Shown here piece by piece: positions 9,721 through 19,503 of a stretch of DNA of 64,000 nucleotides (position 1 is its first letter; each line of letters opens with the position of its first letter). The notes beneath the pieces are model-generated. The model ran no database searches and had not been told where the DNA came from. It saw only the letters and a program-made list of their open reading frames with translations. Source of the DNA: Promethearchaeati archaeon SRVP18_Atabeyarchaeia-1 (GTDB taxonomy: Archaea; Asgardarchaeota; Atabeyarchaeia; Atabeyarchaeales; Atabeyarchaeaceae); NCBI GenBank assembly GCA_037308085.1, contig CP147779.1:1024001-1088000 (forward strand), in the 5' to 3' direction. Made by a program: the position numbers and the translations under genes.

Positions 9721-10572
9721 ATGACAGCCAATAACTGCTCGTTCTGCTACTTGGCATGCGTGCCTCCAAAGGTCCCGAACGGGATGCCGGTATCAAGCTA
9801 TATGCGAAGCTTGGGCTGTAACGGGTTTAACAGGTTCTTCTGGCGTGTACCCACTACCAGGCTGAGGGCAGTGCTATCAAAGCCTGAACTCGCAAATGCA
9901 ATTGTTTTTAGGCGATCACGGAAGGTAATTGGGCACTCAATAAGCGAGTGCACTGGCACTGTCCGGCTTGGCAGTTTCGTCATAATAGCCTATAGATTGA
10001 ATAAACCCTCAAGGAGGATCAGAAAGGTTATTCAGAGGGCCTTGCAGAGAGCCCCATACTTCAAGCTCTGTCCGTCAGTTTACGCCTTTCCCCAATTGAA
10101 GAGAACAAGCATGACCACGAGTCAGAGCACAATCGGGCGCTCAAGTAAAAGGCAAAGCATCACTACTCCACGTGAGCTTGTAGACATTCTTAACGGATTC
10201 GACGCCAGGGTGTTGAGGCTATCGAGATTGGTTGTGCTAGATCAGGCGATGGAGAGGGAATTGGTCGAGCGTATGGTGTCGACTAGGAAGGCTCAGTGCC
10301 GCAGGTTGACGGAATCGTGCAAAAGCATCGTCTTATCTGCCCATCTGCAGAGAAGTGAGTATTTAGTGACCAGGGCTCTCAGGCTGAAACTCTCGGAGAT
10401 AAAGTACAGGTACCGTGCAGCCCGAGCAGTCCTTAGCTTCTTGAAGAGACAAATGAACATTGATATGAGCGACGAGTTGTTCAGAGCAAGCAGAGCCATA
10501 AGCTCATGTCGTGACGCGCTGAGAAGTGCCGAAGAGATGCAGACTTCGACTCCGGCAGAGACAACCCACTAA
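9721..10572 (+). CDS. Highly basic hypothetical protein with a ChrB-N/PaaX/Cas2-like segment
   Basis: FVIIAYRL..PS..RKVIQRALQ...KLCPSVYAFP resembles ChrB N-terminal domains; Arg/Lys-rich; helical C-terminus. Confidence 0.55.
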   Translation: MTANNCSFCYLACVPPKVPNGMPVSSYMRSLGCNGFNRFFWRVPTTRLRAVLSKPELANAIVFRRSRKVIGHSISECTGTVRLGSFVIIAYRLNKPSRRIRKVIQRALQRAPYFKLCPSVYAFPQLKRTSMTTSQSTIGRSSKRQSITTPRELVDILNGFDARVLRLSRLVVLDQAMERELVERMVSTRKAQCRRLTESCKSIVLSAHLQRSEYLVTRALRLKLSEIKYRYRAARAVLSFLKRQMNIDMSDELFRASRAISSCRDALRSAEEMQTSTPAETTH

Positions 10573-10681
10573 ACAGAAGCACGTTGCACAAATGTGGGCT
10601 ATACAGAAAACGTTAAAAGCGTACTGTGACATTAAGGTGTTCTTACTATTTCACGGTCGTTTGGAGGGCTGGAATCAGACA

Positions 10682-10972
10682 ATGGGAAACCTAGAGTTCT
10701 GCCCGAAATGCGGAAAACTGCTTCTCCCCCAAAAAGAAGGGAGAAAGACGATCCTTAAGTGCAGAACTTGCGGAGCAACGTACCAGCTAAAGGATATCGA
10801 GAGCTACAAGCTGAAGGTAGCTATTCCGCCCACATCGAAGGAGCGACTTGTTGTAGTTGAAGGCGGCGCTAAGAAGAAGACATCAGAGCTAACAGAGGAC
10901 GAGCGGGTCGAGGCGTACCGTCAAGCGCTCGATTACTACCAAGAAGAGGAAGAATCACCGGAAGAAACTTGA
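10682..10972 (+). CDS. RpoM/TFS-like protein with N-terminal zinc ribbon only
   Basis: EFCPKCGKLLLP...LKCRTCG; acidic tail instead of a second zinc ribbon. Confidence 0.75.
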   Translation: MGNLEFCPKCGKLLLPQKEGRKTILKCRTCGATYQLKDIESYKLKVAIPPTSKERLVVVEGGAKKKTSELTEDERVEAYRQALDYYQEEEESPEET

Positions 10973-11041
10973 GCTGGAACATTGAGGAATCCGTTCTCCG
11001 CTAAGCATATGCACCCTTCACGAGTCCGCAGCAAACCTTGT

Positions 11042-12316
11042 TCAATTGTCTTCTTTGGCAGTACTAATCGCCCCAGCCATCTTCATGATCAGAAAGTCGG
11101 GGATGGCCCTGATCAATGATTCCCTATAAGTTCTGCGACCCGACAGTATATCGGCGACTTTTCTGCTTAGCCTGCTTCTGAGTCTAGTGTCTTTCGCGAA
11201 TGCGCCGCTCATGAACCCTCTTTTTAGTGCTATGTTCTGTAGCCACCTGCCCCACTTCATATCACTGCCGATAGCTCTTCGCCAAGCGCCCTCATATTTT
11301 CCCAGGAACCTTGCCGATATATCCCCCATTTCGACAGCCTCTGAGCAAATTCTCCCCGCAATTTCGCCTGCAACCATTGAATAATGCATTCCCTCTCCAG
11401 ATATCGATGAGCAATGCCCAGCTGCATCCCCGACCACCACCAACCCATCGCCGTAGGTTGGCGAAACTAATCCAGATAAGGGGCACAAAGCCGCCTCAAA
11501 CCTCAGTATCTTTCCTCCCGCTAGCTTTCCGCTGGCAACAGGATGCCTTGTCATGACATAATCTAGAAACTTCTTGAGGCTAGTATTCACCTTGGACAAC
11601 AGCGCCCCAACGCCGACGGTCACCGAATTGTCTTTTGGCACTATCCATGCATAACCAAATGGCGATACGTCTCCTCCGTAGTAGAACTCATTCATATCTC
11701 CGATTCTCTTCTCGATCATCTGGTTGTCCATCAGTATCTGATACTGTACGCACTGGCCGAGTTGACTCGGTCTGAAGGGCGGATGAACCACAGTCTTCTT
11801 CACGATAATGGAATTAACTCCATCAGCAGCTATCAGCATCCCCGCCTTGACCCTTTCTATTCCGCCATCTGAGGCTCGTAATTTCAGCTTGTATCCACTC
11901 ACACGGGCTCCTTCATCTGCCCTTGTCACGTCTACGACTCGAATGCCCGTGTCCACGCTTCCGCCTGCTTTCCTCACCCTCTCGACTAGATGCCGTGCAA
12001 GTGTCCCTCTGTCGAAGTTCCAGAAAATCGGGTGAGCGTAGCTCACCTCATCGACTTGGTGGTTAGGCAGGACAACTCTTATTCCCCTGATCTGGCGGCA
12101 GGCAAGTTCTGGGCGTACCTTGAACATTCTCAAGGCAGCATCGCGAAGCATTCCCGCACAGGGCTTCCACTCCCCGGGATTCTCATCCTGGTCAACTACG
12201 TGGACGCTGACACCCCTCTTCGCAAGGGTCTCTGCCGCGACCAAACCAGCCGGTCCTGCACCGACAATAGTGACTGAGGTCAAGGTTAAACTAGGTCTCC
12301 ACCCAAGCGTTTCCAT
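11042..12316 (-). CDS. Geranylgeranyl reductase family FAD oxidoreductase
   Basis: GAGPAG, KPCAG, IAADG, GYAWIVP, GDAAG..SGEGM. Confidence 0.9.
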   Translation of the reverse strand: METLGWRPSLTLTSVTIVGAGPAGLVAAETLAKRGVSVHVVDQDENPGEWKPCAGMLRDAALRMFKVRPELACRQIRGIRVVLPNHQVDEVSYAHPIFWNFDRGTLARHLVERVRKAGGSVDTGIRVVDVTRADEGARVSGYKLKLRASDGGIERVKAGMLIAADGVNSIIVKKTVVHPPFRPSQLGQCVQYQILMDNQMIEKRIGDMNEFYYGGDVSPFGYAWIVPKDNSVTVGVGALLSKVNTSLKKFLDYVMTRHPVASGKLAGGKILRFEAALCPLSGLVSPTYGDGLVVVGDAAGHCSSISGEGMHYSMVAGEIAGRICSEAVEMGDISARFLGKYEGAWRRAIGSDMKWGRWLQNIALKRGFMSGAFAKDTRLRSRLSRKVADILSGRRTYRESLIRAIPDFLIMKMAGAISTAKEDN

Positions 12317-12443
12317 AAATACTGGCGGTAACTTTTGCGTGGACTCTATATTTACGCCTTGCCCACGCTTCGCTACGACATCCTTTTATCATGGATTGCC
12401 CTAAATTCTAGAAAAAGGAAGTTCCAAAAAGGAGAGTACAAAA

Positions 12444-13064
12444 TTGATCGCGATACCTTACGGTACAGAGATACTCGATCTCATTCCGGTGTTTCTATTG
12501 ATCGCTGGCATTCTCACGATCCTTTACGCTTTTGTTCGCCTAAAGGCACCAGGAAAGACAACAGGTGCCGAGACGCTAATGGGCGCAGTGACTTTCATCA
12601 TAGGCATGGCGCTTCCTGTGGGTGCCGCTCTATGCTTTGTAGACCGTGCATTTGGGATCTTCACAGTTATCCTCCTGCTAATATTGAGTGCTGCGCTCGT
12701 CTTGGGACCGATTTCCAGAATCATCAAGAAGATTCCAACATTAGGCTTAGCCGCGGTGATAGCGTTGATCGCGTCATACGTAATCGCCACATTTGTGACC
12801 GCCCTCATTCCTCAGTCTCTTCAAACCTACCTTGCGGGCTATGGCATCAGCCACTGGCTAATGATTATCCTCTTCATCATAATCCTGGCTCTCTTGTTCA
12901 CAATGCTCATTTTCGCTAAGGGTCTCATACAACTCACTGGCATGGTTCTGGGTGCCTGGCCGATCATGATTGTAATCGGTGCGATATGCGTGATTCAGGG
13001 CGTACTGCTAGCGTTTGGGATGAGCCTATCGCAGGGCTTTGAAGTAATCCTAGTGCCTTGGTAG
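12444..13064 (+). CDS. Multi-pass membrane protein
   Basis: About 6 hydrophobic segments; no family recognised. Confidence 0.7.
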   Translation: MIAIPYGTEILDLIPVFLLIAGILTILYAFVRLKAPGKTTGAETLMGAVTFIIGMALPVGAALCFVDRAFGIFTVILLLILSAALVLGPISRIIKKIPTLGLAAVIALIASYVIATFVTALIPQSLQTYLAGYGISHWLMIILFIIILALLFTMLIFAKGLIQLTGMVLGAWPIMIVIGAICVIQGVLLAFGMSLSQGFEVILVPW

Positions 13065-13216
13065 CCATGGGATTTGAGGTACGGAGTAGAACTGGCAAAG
13101 GCAAATATCCCATTCCTATTTTTCGTATATGTGCTGGCGTGTCCTACAAATCCAGCTTGGGATAGCTTTCTTGTGGAGATATCTGGCATGTAAAGGCGAA
13201 CACCGGTCTGAGAGAA

Positions 13217-14047
13217 ATGAGGATCAGAAAAGGAATAGAAATAGTGGAGAATCATCCTGCCCTATTCGTAGAACCCATCGACACGGTTGTAGTTGCAGAT
13301 CTGCATCTTGGGATAGAACGGGAACTGGCAACCACCGGTATCTTCCTTCCTCGCTTTCAGTATCAAGACATCAAGGAGTCTCTCTCATTGATCATCAACA
13401 AGGTCGCCCCCAGGCAGATCATTGTAAACGGGGATCTTAAGCATAGGTTTGGCGGGAGAACCGACCAGGAGTTCAACGAAGTCATCGATTCACTTAGCTT
13501 CCTTACAGAGAACGTGGAGAATGTAATTGTAATCCGCGGGAATCACGACAACTTTGTCAAAGGGTTGTTTGCGCGGTTCCCGAAGACAAGGTTCGTCGAA
13601 AGCGTATACACCGAAGGAGATTTCACCTTCACGCACGGTCATGTCATCCCCCTTGAGATTGGAACGCAGGAATCCAAAGTTATCGTAATAGGTCACGAGC
13701 ATCCCGCAATCGGCCTTAGGGATGACGTCGGCGCGAAAGTGAAGCTGAGAGCGCTGCTTGTAGGTTCAGCTGGACCCAAGAAGGAACTAGTAGTGCTGCC
13801 AGCATATTCGCCGCTAGCTCTTGGGGCAGAAGTGAACATGGTCACATACGACGAGGAGATACTCTCCCCGTTTCTAAAGAGCTATGTGCCCCTGGAAAGC
13901 ATGAGGGCATACGGCATAGATTCACAGTCGGGGATATTCAGTTTCCCAGAGCTAAAGTATTGGCGAGGAACTGAACCGACAACGTATTTAGCTAATGAGC
14001 ACAATCGCGGTGTAGCAAAGAGAAAACGGCGCCACAGATATAGGTGA
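13217..14047 (+). CDS. ICC-like metallophosphoesterase
   Basis: ADLHLG, NGDLKH, RGNHD, THGH, GHEHP motifs. Confidence 0.9.
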   Translation: MRIRKGIEIVENHPALFVEPIDTVVVADLHLGIERELATTGIFLPRFQYQDIKESLSLIINKVAPRQIIVNGDLKHRFGGRTDQEFNEVIDSLSFLTENVENVIVIRGNHDNFVKGLFARFPKTRFVESVYTEGDFTFTHGHVIPLEIGTQESKVIVIGHEHPAIGLRDDVGAKVKLRALLVGSAGPKKELVVLPAYSPLALGAEVNMVTYDEEILSPFLKSYVPLESMRAYGIDSQSGIFSFPELKYWRGTEPTTYLANEHNRGVAKRKRRHRYR

Positions 14048-14126
14048 AGTGCTCTCACTAGTAAAAAGGCAAAGAGATCAGAGGGCGCCGCTTTGACACA
14101 TAGAGGCGCCAACAGGTAGATTCCCT

Positions 14127-15053
14127 TTGTGGGCGAAAGCATTCTGTCCAGGTCACATAACAGGCTTCTTCGAAATATGTGACCAGCCCACCGACCCCCT
14201 AAAGCGTGGGTCACGGGGTGCCGGCGTATCAATAAACAGAGGTGTAGCCACAGAAGTCATTATCGAAGAGTCGAGTCCCGCGAAGGTGGAGGTAACCATC
14301 AACGGAAAATCCGACCCGGCTCCAGTGACGAATAGCGTAGTCAACCTCATGTCGAGACTACGCCACGACCAGACTAGTCTCCACATTAAGATCAAACATG
14401 AGTCTCTTATCCCAGTAGGATGTGGAATGGGTTCGAGTGGAGCAGGAGCGTGGGGAACAGCCCTATCGCTCAATAATTTGCTCAAGCTGAGTCTGACCCA
14501 GGACCGGGTTGGGCAGATAGCACACAGGGCTGAAGTTGAGAATAGAACAGGGCTGGGAACGGTCATCGCCCAGCAGCGAGGAGGGATCGAAATAAGACCA
14601 ACCCCAGGAGCTCCAGGAGTCGGGCATGTCGACCAGATCCCTTTTCACCCGGACCTGCGGGTAGTCTGTAGCTCGATGGGCGCAATCTCAACGAAATCAA
14701 TGCTCACCGACCCCGCAATAAGAGCAAGCATAAACAAGTACGGTGGAAAACTAGTGAAGCAAATATGCAACAGTGCCTCCCCGGAAACGCTAATGAAGTT
14801 ATCAAGAGAATTCTCGCAACGAACGAGGCTACAATCAAGGAGAGTTGATGATGGTCTAGAGATGCTAGATGAAAAAGGTTTTCACGACTGTAGCATGGCG
14901 TTGTTTGGGGATACGATTTTCTCTATTGCGTGGGAGGATGAAGCAGAGAGTATTGTTAGAGTCCTCAAAGACTGGAACAAGGTGGGTGAGACGTTCTCTA
15001 CGGCAATAGACATGATTGGCGCAAGACTCATGGGATGTGAGAAAGATGGCTAA
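14127..15053 (+). CDS. pok: Pantoate kinase (archaeal, GHMP family)
   Basis: PGHITGFF, GSRGAG, PVGCGMGSSGA, AHRAEV..TGLGTV. Confidence 0.92.
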   Translation: MWAKAFCPGHITGFFEICDQPTDPLKRGSRGAGVSINRGVATEVIIEESSPAKVEVTINGKSDPAPVTNSVVNLMSRLRHDQTSLHIKIKHESLIPVGCGMGSSGAGAWGTALSLNNLLKLSLTQDRVGQIAHRAEVENRTGLGTVIAQQRGGIEIRPTPGAPGVGHVDQIPFHPDLRVVCSSMGAISTKSMLTDPAIRASINKYGGKLVKQICNSASPETLMKLSREFSQRTRLQSRRVDDGLEMLDEKGFHDCSMALFGDTIFSIAWEDEAESIVRVLKDWNKVGETFSTAIDMIGARLMGCEKDG

Positions 15054-15831
15054 TATCCCGGAAACGCATCCAAGAGCCGCTTCTCTGAAGGTCCGAGAGC
15101 TGCTAATCGAGGGCTTCAAGGAAGGATACGTTGCGATGGCAGGGTTGATTGCCCATGGTCGCGGGGAAGCATTCGACTACCTCCTGGGAGAGGAAACGCC
15201 GCCGCCAGCCCTCATTGCCACGAAGGCAGCGGCTGCGGCTCTTTTGCTGGCAGAACGCCCCGTCATCAGCGTAAACGGAAACCTTGCCGCCTTGGCCCCC
15301 AAGGAAACAGTCGAGTTGGCGAAGCTTACTAATTCAAGGATAGAAGTCAACTTATTCTACAGGACAAAGGAACGGGAGAGGGGAATCGAAAGAGTCCTGA
15401 GAAATGCAGGCGCCACCGAAGTACTGGGCGTGGGTGACTCTGCAAGCGCGACAATACCTGAGCTTTTCAGCGAAAGAAGAAGGGTAGATCCCAGCGGCAT
15501 ACTGGTTGCCGACACAGTTCTAGTTTTGATGGAGGATGGGGATCGAACGGAAGCCCTTCGCAAAATGGGGAAGAAAGTGATTGCAATAGATCTGAATCCA
15601 CTCAGCCGGACATCGCGGGCTGCAAACATCACGATCGTAGACAACGCCGTGAGGGCAATGCCCAATTTAATGATCGAATCGAGAAAAGCAAAGAAGCAAG
15701 ACAGGTCAACCTTGTACGGACAAATCAAAGAATTTAATAATGAAAGGAACCTATTAGACTGCCTTAACCAGATCTGGAGAAGAATCTCAAGGTTGAAGAA
15801 AGAAGGGCTTGCCATGGACTATGACCTGTAG
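15046..15831 (+). CDS. pps: 4-phosphopantoate--beta-alanine ligase
   Basis: IPETHPRAASL, AHGRGEAFDYLLGE, SVNGN, EDGDR, IDLNPLSRT. Confidence 0.95.
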   Translation: MANIPETHPRAASLKVRELLIEGFKEGYVAMAGLIAHGRGEAFDYLLGEETPPPALIATKAAAAALLLAERPVISVNGNLAALAPKETVELAKLTNSRIEVNLFYRTKERERGIERVLRNAGATEVLGVGDSASATIPELFSERRRVDPSGILVADTVLVLMEDGDRTEALRKMGKKVIAIDLNPLSRTSRAANITIVDNAVRAMPNLMIESRKAKKQDRSTLYGQIKEFNNERNLLDCLNQIWRRISRLKKEGLAMDYDL

Positions 15832-15928
15832 CCCTGATCGATTTTGCCGATAAAACTCCCAACTGCAATTCCGAGCATTTATGGAGGAGGCAATTGCTTC
15901 TGGGTTTCCAAGAGGTGTTAGAAAACCG

Positions 15929-17242
15929 TTGAAGAGATCCCCACAAGAACAGAAGAATGTACTTCAGGTTGCCCTAGACTTCGAGAACATGCATCGAGCT
16001 CTACAAGTCGCATCTGAGGCTGTAAAGGGAGGCGCCGATTGGCTCGAAGCGGGGACGCCTCTCATCAAGAGCGAAGGTCTAAACTGTGTTCGAGAACTGA
16101 GGAAGAGATTTCCCGACAAGTTGATTGTCGCCGACATGAAGACAATGGACACAGGTCGATTCGAAGTAGAAATAGCAGCTAAAGCGGGGGCCCAAGTAGT
16201 AATCATATTGGCTACCGCGGATGATAGTACCATCAAAGAAGCCGTAGAGGCTGGTCGGAACTACGGCGCGCAAATAATGGCTGACCTGATCAATGTAAGC
16301 GATATGGTTTCCAGGGCTGTGGAACTCGAGAAGATTGGCGTTGACTACATTTGCATTCACATCGGAATAGATCAGCAGATGAGAGGCATGAAAGCGGAGG
16401 ACATAATCAAGAAGGTTGCCGAAGTAGTCCGCACACCCATAGCCGCAGCAGGCGGAGTAAACTCGGAGAATGTACCAACTCTGGTGGAAGCTGGCGCCCA
16501 AATAGTAATCGTCGGAGGCGCAATCACGAAAGCCGAGAACGCGGAAGAGGCTACCAGGGCGCTGAAGAAAGCGCTAGTCACTAGGACGGCGATCGCGACC
16601 AAACTCTATAAGAAATATGGCGAAGAAGACATATTCAAAGTCTTTAGAATGTGCTCAACTCCGAACATTTCCGATGCCATGCACAGAAGGGGAGAAATGA
16701 AGGGAATACTCCCAGTGTCAGCTAACTGCAAAATGGTCGGAAGGGCCTTGACAGTTCGCACATACCCTGGCGATTGGGCAAAGCCGGTCGAAAGCATTGA
16801 CATAGGCGCAGAGGGAGATGTAATAGTGATTGAAGCAGGTGGGCAAGGCCCCGCCGTTTGGGGAGAGCTGGCAACGTGGAGCTGCAGAACTCAAGGCATC
16901 GAGGGTGTCGTGATAGATGGCGCCATAAGGGATGTCGAGGATATCCGCGAAATGGGATTTCCAGCATTCTCTCGTCTGGTAAGCCCCACTGCGGGTGAAC
17001 CGAAAGGCTTCGGGGAAATTAATGTCGAGATAACCTGTGGAGACATCAAGGTGAGACCCGGTGACTACATAATCGGCGACGATAACGGGGTCGTAGTCGT
17101 ACCCAAGGAGTCAGCCGTAGAGGTAGCGAACCGATCAATCGACGTGAGAGAGAAAGAGAACAGAGTGCGAGAAGAGATAAAAAGAGGGAGTACTCTATCC
17201 AAAGTCCAGAAGCTCAAGCAGTGGGAGAAAGTCATTGGCTAA
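15929..17242 (+). CDS. 3-hexulose-6-phosphate synthase fused to an RraA/HMG-aldolase-like domain
   Basis: N-terminal LQVALD, EAGTPLIKSEG, ADMKTMDTG, HIGIDQQ; C-terminal STPNISDAM, AVWGE, DGAIRD, GDDNGVVVVP; GAGGTG before TTG. Confidence 0.9.
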   Translation: MKRSPQEQKNVLQVALDFENMHRALQVASEAVKGGADWLEAGTPLIKSEGLNCVRELRKRFPDKLIVADMKTMDTGRFEVEIAAKAGAQVVIILATADDSTIKEAVEAGRNYGAQIMADLINVSDMVSRAVELEKIGVDYICIHIGIDQQMRGMKAEDIIKKVAEVVRTPIAAAGGVNSENVPTLVEAGAQIVIVGGAITKAENAEEATRALKKALVTRTAIATKLYKKYGEEDIFKVFRMCSTPNISDAMHRRGEMKGILPVSANCKMVGRALTVRTYPGDWAKPVESIDIGAEGDVIVIEAGGQGPAVWGELATWSCRTQGIEGVVIDGAIRDVEDIREMGFPAFSRLVSPTAGEPKGFGEINVEITCGDIKVRPGDYIIGDDNGVVVVPKESAVEVANRSIDVREKENRVREEIKRGSTLSKVQKLKQWEKVIG

Positions 17243-17318
17243 GCTTCGATTAGGCTGTTTACCTTGTTTTCTTCATGGACCTGTGGTTATGCGATCCGGG
17301 TGACTTGGTGACGTATCC

Positions 17319-18248
17319 TTGCGATTGATAGTTCTTGGGGCCGGAGCCATTGGTAGCCTCTTAGGGGGTCTATTATCGGAAGTCGGACTGGACGTCACGC
17401 TAGTTGGGAGACAAGCTCACACGAAAGCCATTAGGTCGCGGGGGCTGCACATAAGTGGAGTTGTTGGAAGCAAGACTATCAGAATTGAGTCAGAAGCAAG
17501 CGCCTCTGCAATCAAGGGCAAAGCAGACATGATTCTATGCACCGTGAAAGCCTACGATACTGAGCAGGCGGCCACTGACGCAAAGACGCTGATGGGCAAG
17601 GATTCCATATTTCTATGTATGCAGAACGGGCTCGGTGTTGAGAATGAGGCGGCCAAAGTGCTCGGCGAAGCAAATGTAACAAGGGGAGTGACCAACACTG
17701 GTGCGCTTCTTGTTAAACCAGGTTACATTGAATGCACTGGAGTAGGCGACACAATCGTCGGCTGTCCAAATGAGGACTGGAAACCCAAGATCAGCGGATT
17801 AGTCGAAGCTTTAAACTCCGCAGGACTCCCAGCCATGCTCACAAGGAACATATCGAATGCTGTTTGGACAAAGGTACTCGTAAACGTCGGAATAAATGCA
17901 ATCGGAGCTATAACTCGTCTAAAGAATGGAGACCTCCTTTCGAATCCCTACTTGAAGGATCTCATGAGATCAGCTGTCACCGAAGCTCTAGCAGTATCGG
18001 AAAAGGCTGGATTGAACCTCAAGAAAGAAGACATTGTCGAGAAGACCTTCAAAATCGCTGAGGCAACGGCAGCTAACAAGAACTCGATGCTACAAGATGC
18101 TGAGAAAGGCAAGAGAACGGAGATCGACTTTATTAACGGAGCAGTCGCTAGAATCGGTAAAAGTATAGGTATCCCAACTCCGATCAATGACACGCTTACT
18201 GCCCTGGTCAAGGGCGCGGAATCACGTGCTCTTCGGAACGAAACATGA
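17319..18248 (+). CDS. panE: 2-dehydropantoate 2-reductase
   Basis: GAGAIG, VKAYD, QNG, WTKVLVN, SMLQD..GKRTEIDFING. Confidence 0.93.
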   Translation: MRLIVLGAGAIGSLLGGLLSEVGLDVTLVGRQAHTKAIRSRGLHISGVVGSKTIRIESEASASAIKGKADMILCTVKAYDTEQAATDAKTLMGKDSIFLCMQNGLGVENEAAKVLGEANVTRGVTNTGALLVKPGYIECTGVGDTIVGCPNEDWKPKISGLVEALNSAGLPAMLTRNISNAVWTKVLVNVGINAIGAITRLKNGDLLSNPYLKDLMRSAVTEALAVSEKAGLNLKKEDIVEKTFKIAEATAANKNSMLQDAEKGKRTEIDFINGAVARIGKSIGIPTPINDTLTALVKGAESRALRNET

Positions 18249-18278
18249 ACGACAGGAAGCTCACAGGAGAAATGATCA

Positions 18279-19445
18279 TTGGAAGAACAAGGGATTCCTG
18301 CTAACAAGATACTGCAAGAACTTGAGGAACGCACCAAGAACGACTATACCCATGACTCAGGCAGGATACTCGGATCGATGATATCGAAACCGCACAGATT
18401 CGCCTCCGAAGTGTACATAAAATACCTTGAAAAGAACTTAGGTGACCCAGGTCTATGCCCTGGAGTTGCGGAGATAGAGAAAGAGGCAATAGGGCTCATC
18501 GGGTCGCTACTTCACCATCCAAACGCATCAGGTAATATCGTGACGGGGGGCACCGAAGCCAACCTGATTGCGATGGCCGTTGCCCGGAACATGAGAGAAG
18601 ATACCAGAAGACCGACAATCATAATGCCGAGGTCGGCCCACGTATCCTTTGACAAAGCCGCAAGCCTACTGTGCCTTCACAAGATCAAGGTGGGTCTGAA
18701 TAGGTCCTTTCAAATGAATGTGGATGAACTCAAAAGATCCATCACCGGCGACACCGTGGCAATCGTCGCTGTCGCGGGAACGACGGTCTTAGGGGTTGTC
18801 GACCCCATCGAAGAAATATCTGAAATAGCCGAGGACAAGGGTATATTCATGCATGTAGACGCGGCATTCGGAGGCTTTGTCCTACCATTTCTAAGAGAGC
18901 TTGGATACGACACGCCAGACTTTGATTTCAGACTCAAAGGAGTCTCCTCAATGACGATAGACCCGCACAAAATGGGATTTTGCCCAATCCCAGCGGGAGG
19001 AATACTTTTCAGAAAGCGCAGCTACATCAAGTATAATGGCGTCAAAGTCCCCTACTTGGCGGGCGGAATCGCAACCCAAGGAACAATAGTAGGAACGCGA
19101 AGCGGAGCTTCAGCATGCGCTGTCTGGGCACTTCTGAAGCACCTAGGCCGCCAGGGATTCATGGATGCGGTCAAACACTGCATGGAGCTTACGAATTACC
19201 TTGTTGATAGAATCAAGAACTTGAAAGGTGTTCAGCTCACAACCCAACCCACCCTGAACATGATTGGGATCAAGTCAAACCAATATTCCATCAAGTCAAT
19301 CTGGAAGAGGCTCAGGGAAAGAAAGTGGGCGGTAGGTGGGCTCAAGGAGTCACTACGCATAGTGATCCTGCCACACATTGAACGCGAACACGTAGACGCC
19401 TTCCTAAACGATCTGCAAGCGATCCTGGAAGAGTTGAGGAGCTAA
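18279..19445 (+). CDS. mfnA: PLP-dependent aspartate 1-decarboxylase / tyrosine decarboxylase (MfnA type), beta-alanine source
   Basis: NLGDPGL, GGTEAN, HVDAAFGG, DPHK; located in the pantothenate operon. Confidence 0.88.
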   Translation: MEEQGIPANKILQELEERTKNDYTHDSGRILGSMISKPHRFASEVYIKYLEKNLGDPGLCPGVAEIEKEAIGLIGSLLHHPNASGNIVTGGTEANLIAMAVARNMREDTRRPTIIMPRSAHVSFDKAASLLCLHKIKVGLNRSFQMNVDELKRSITGDTVAIVAVAGTTVLGVVDPIEEISEIAEDKGIFMHVDAAFGGFVLPFLRELGYDTPDFDFRLKGVSSMTIDPHKMGFCPIPAGGILFRKRSYIKYNGVKVPYLAGGIATQGTIVGTRSGASACAVWALLKHLGRQGFMDAVKHCMELTNYLVDRIKNLKGVQLTTQPTLNMIGIKSNQYSIKSIWKRLRERKWAVGGLKESLRIVILPHIEREHVDAFLNDLQAILEELRS

Positions 19446-19503
19446 AGCTTTACCGTAATATTCAATTCGCTTCCTCTCCCCGGCAGATTCAAATTCTTGA
19501 TCC

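Noticed and set aside
9721-10572. CRISPR-Cas locus suggested by a Cas2-like segment
   Set aside because: No repeat-spacer array or other cas genes seen in the window.
12335-12919. 194-aa ORF overlapping the membrane protein
   Set aside because: Alternative frame with unprotein-like composition.
13217-14047. Metallophosphoesterase as part of the Lhr locus or the CoA pathway
   Set aside because: The family often neighbours Lhr, but here it is over 30 kb away, and nothing ties it to pantothenate chemistry.
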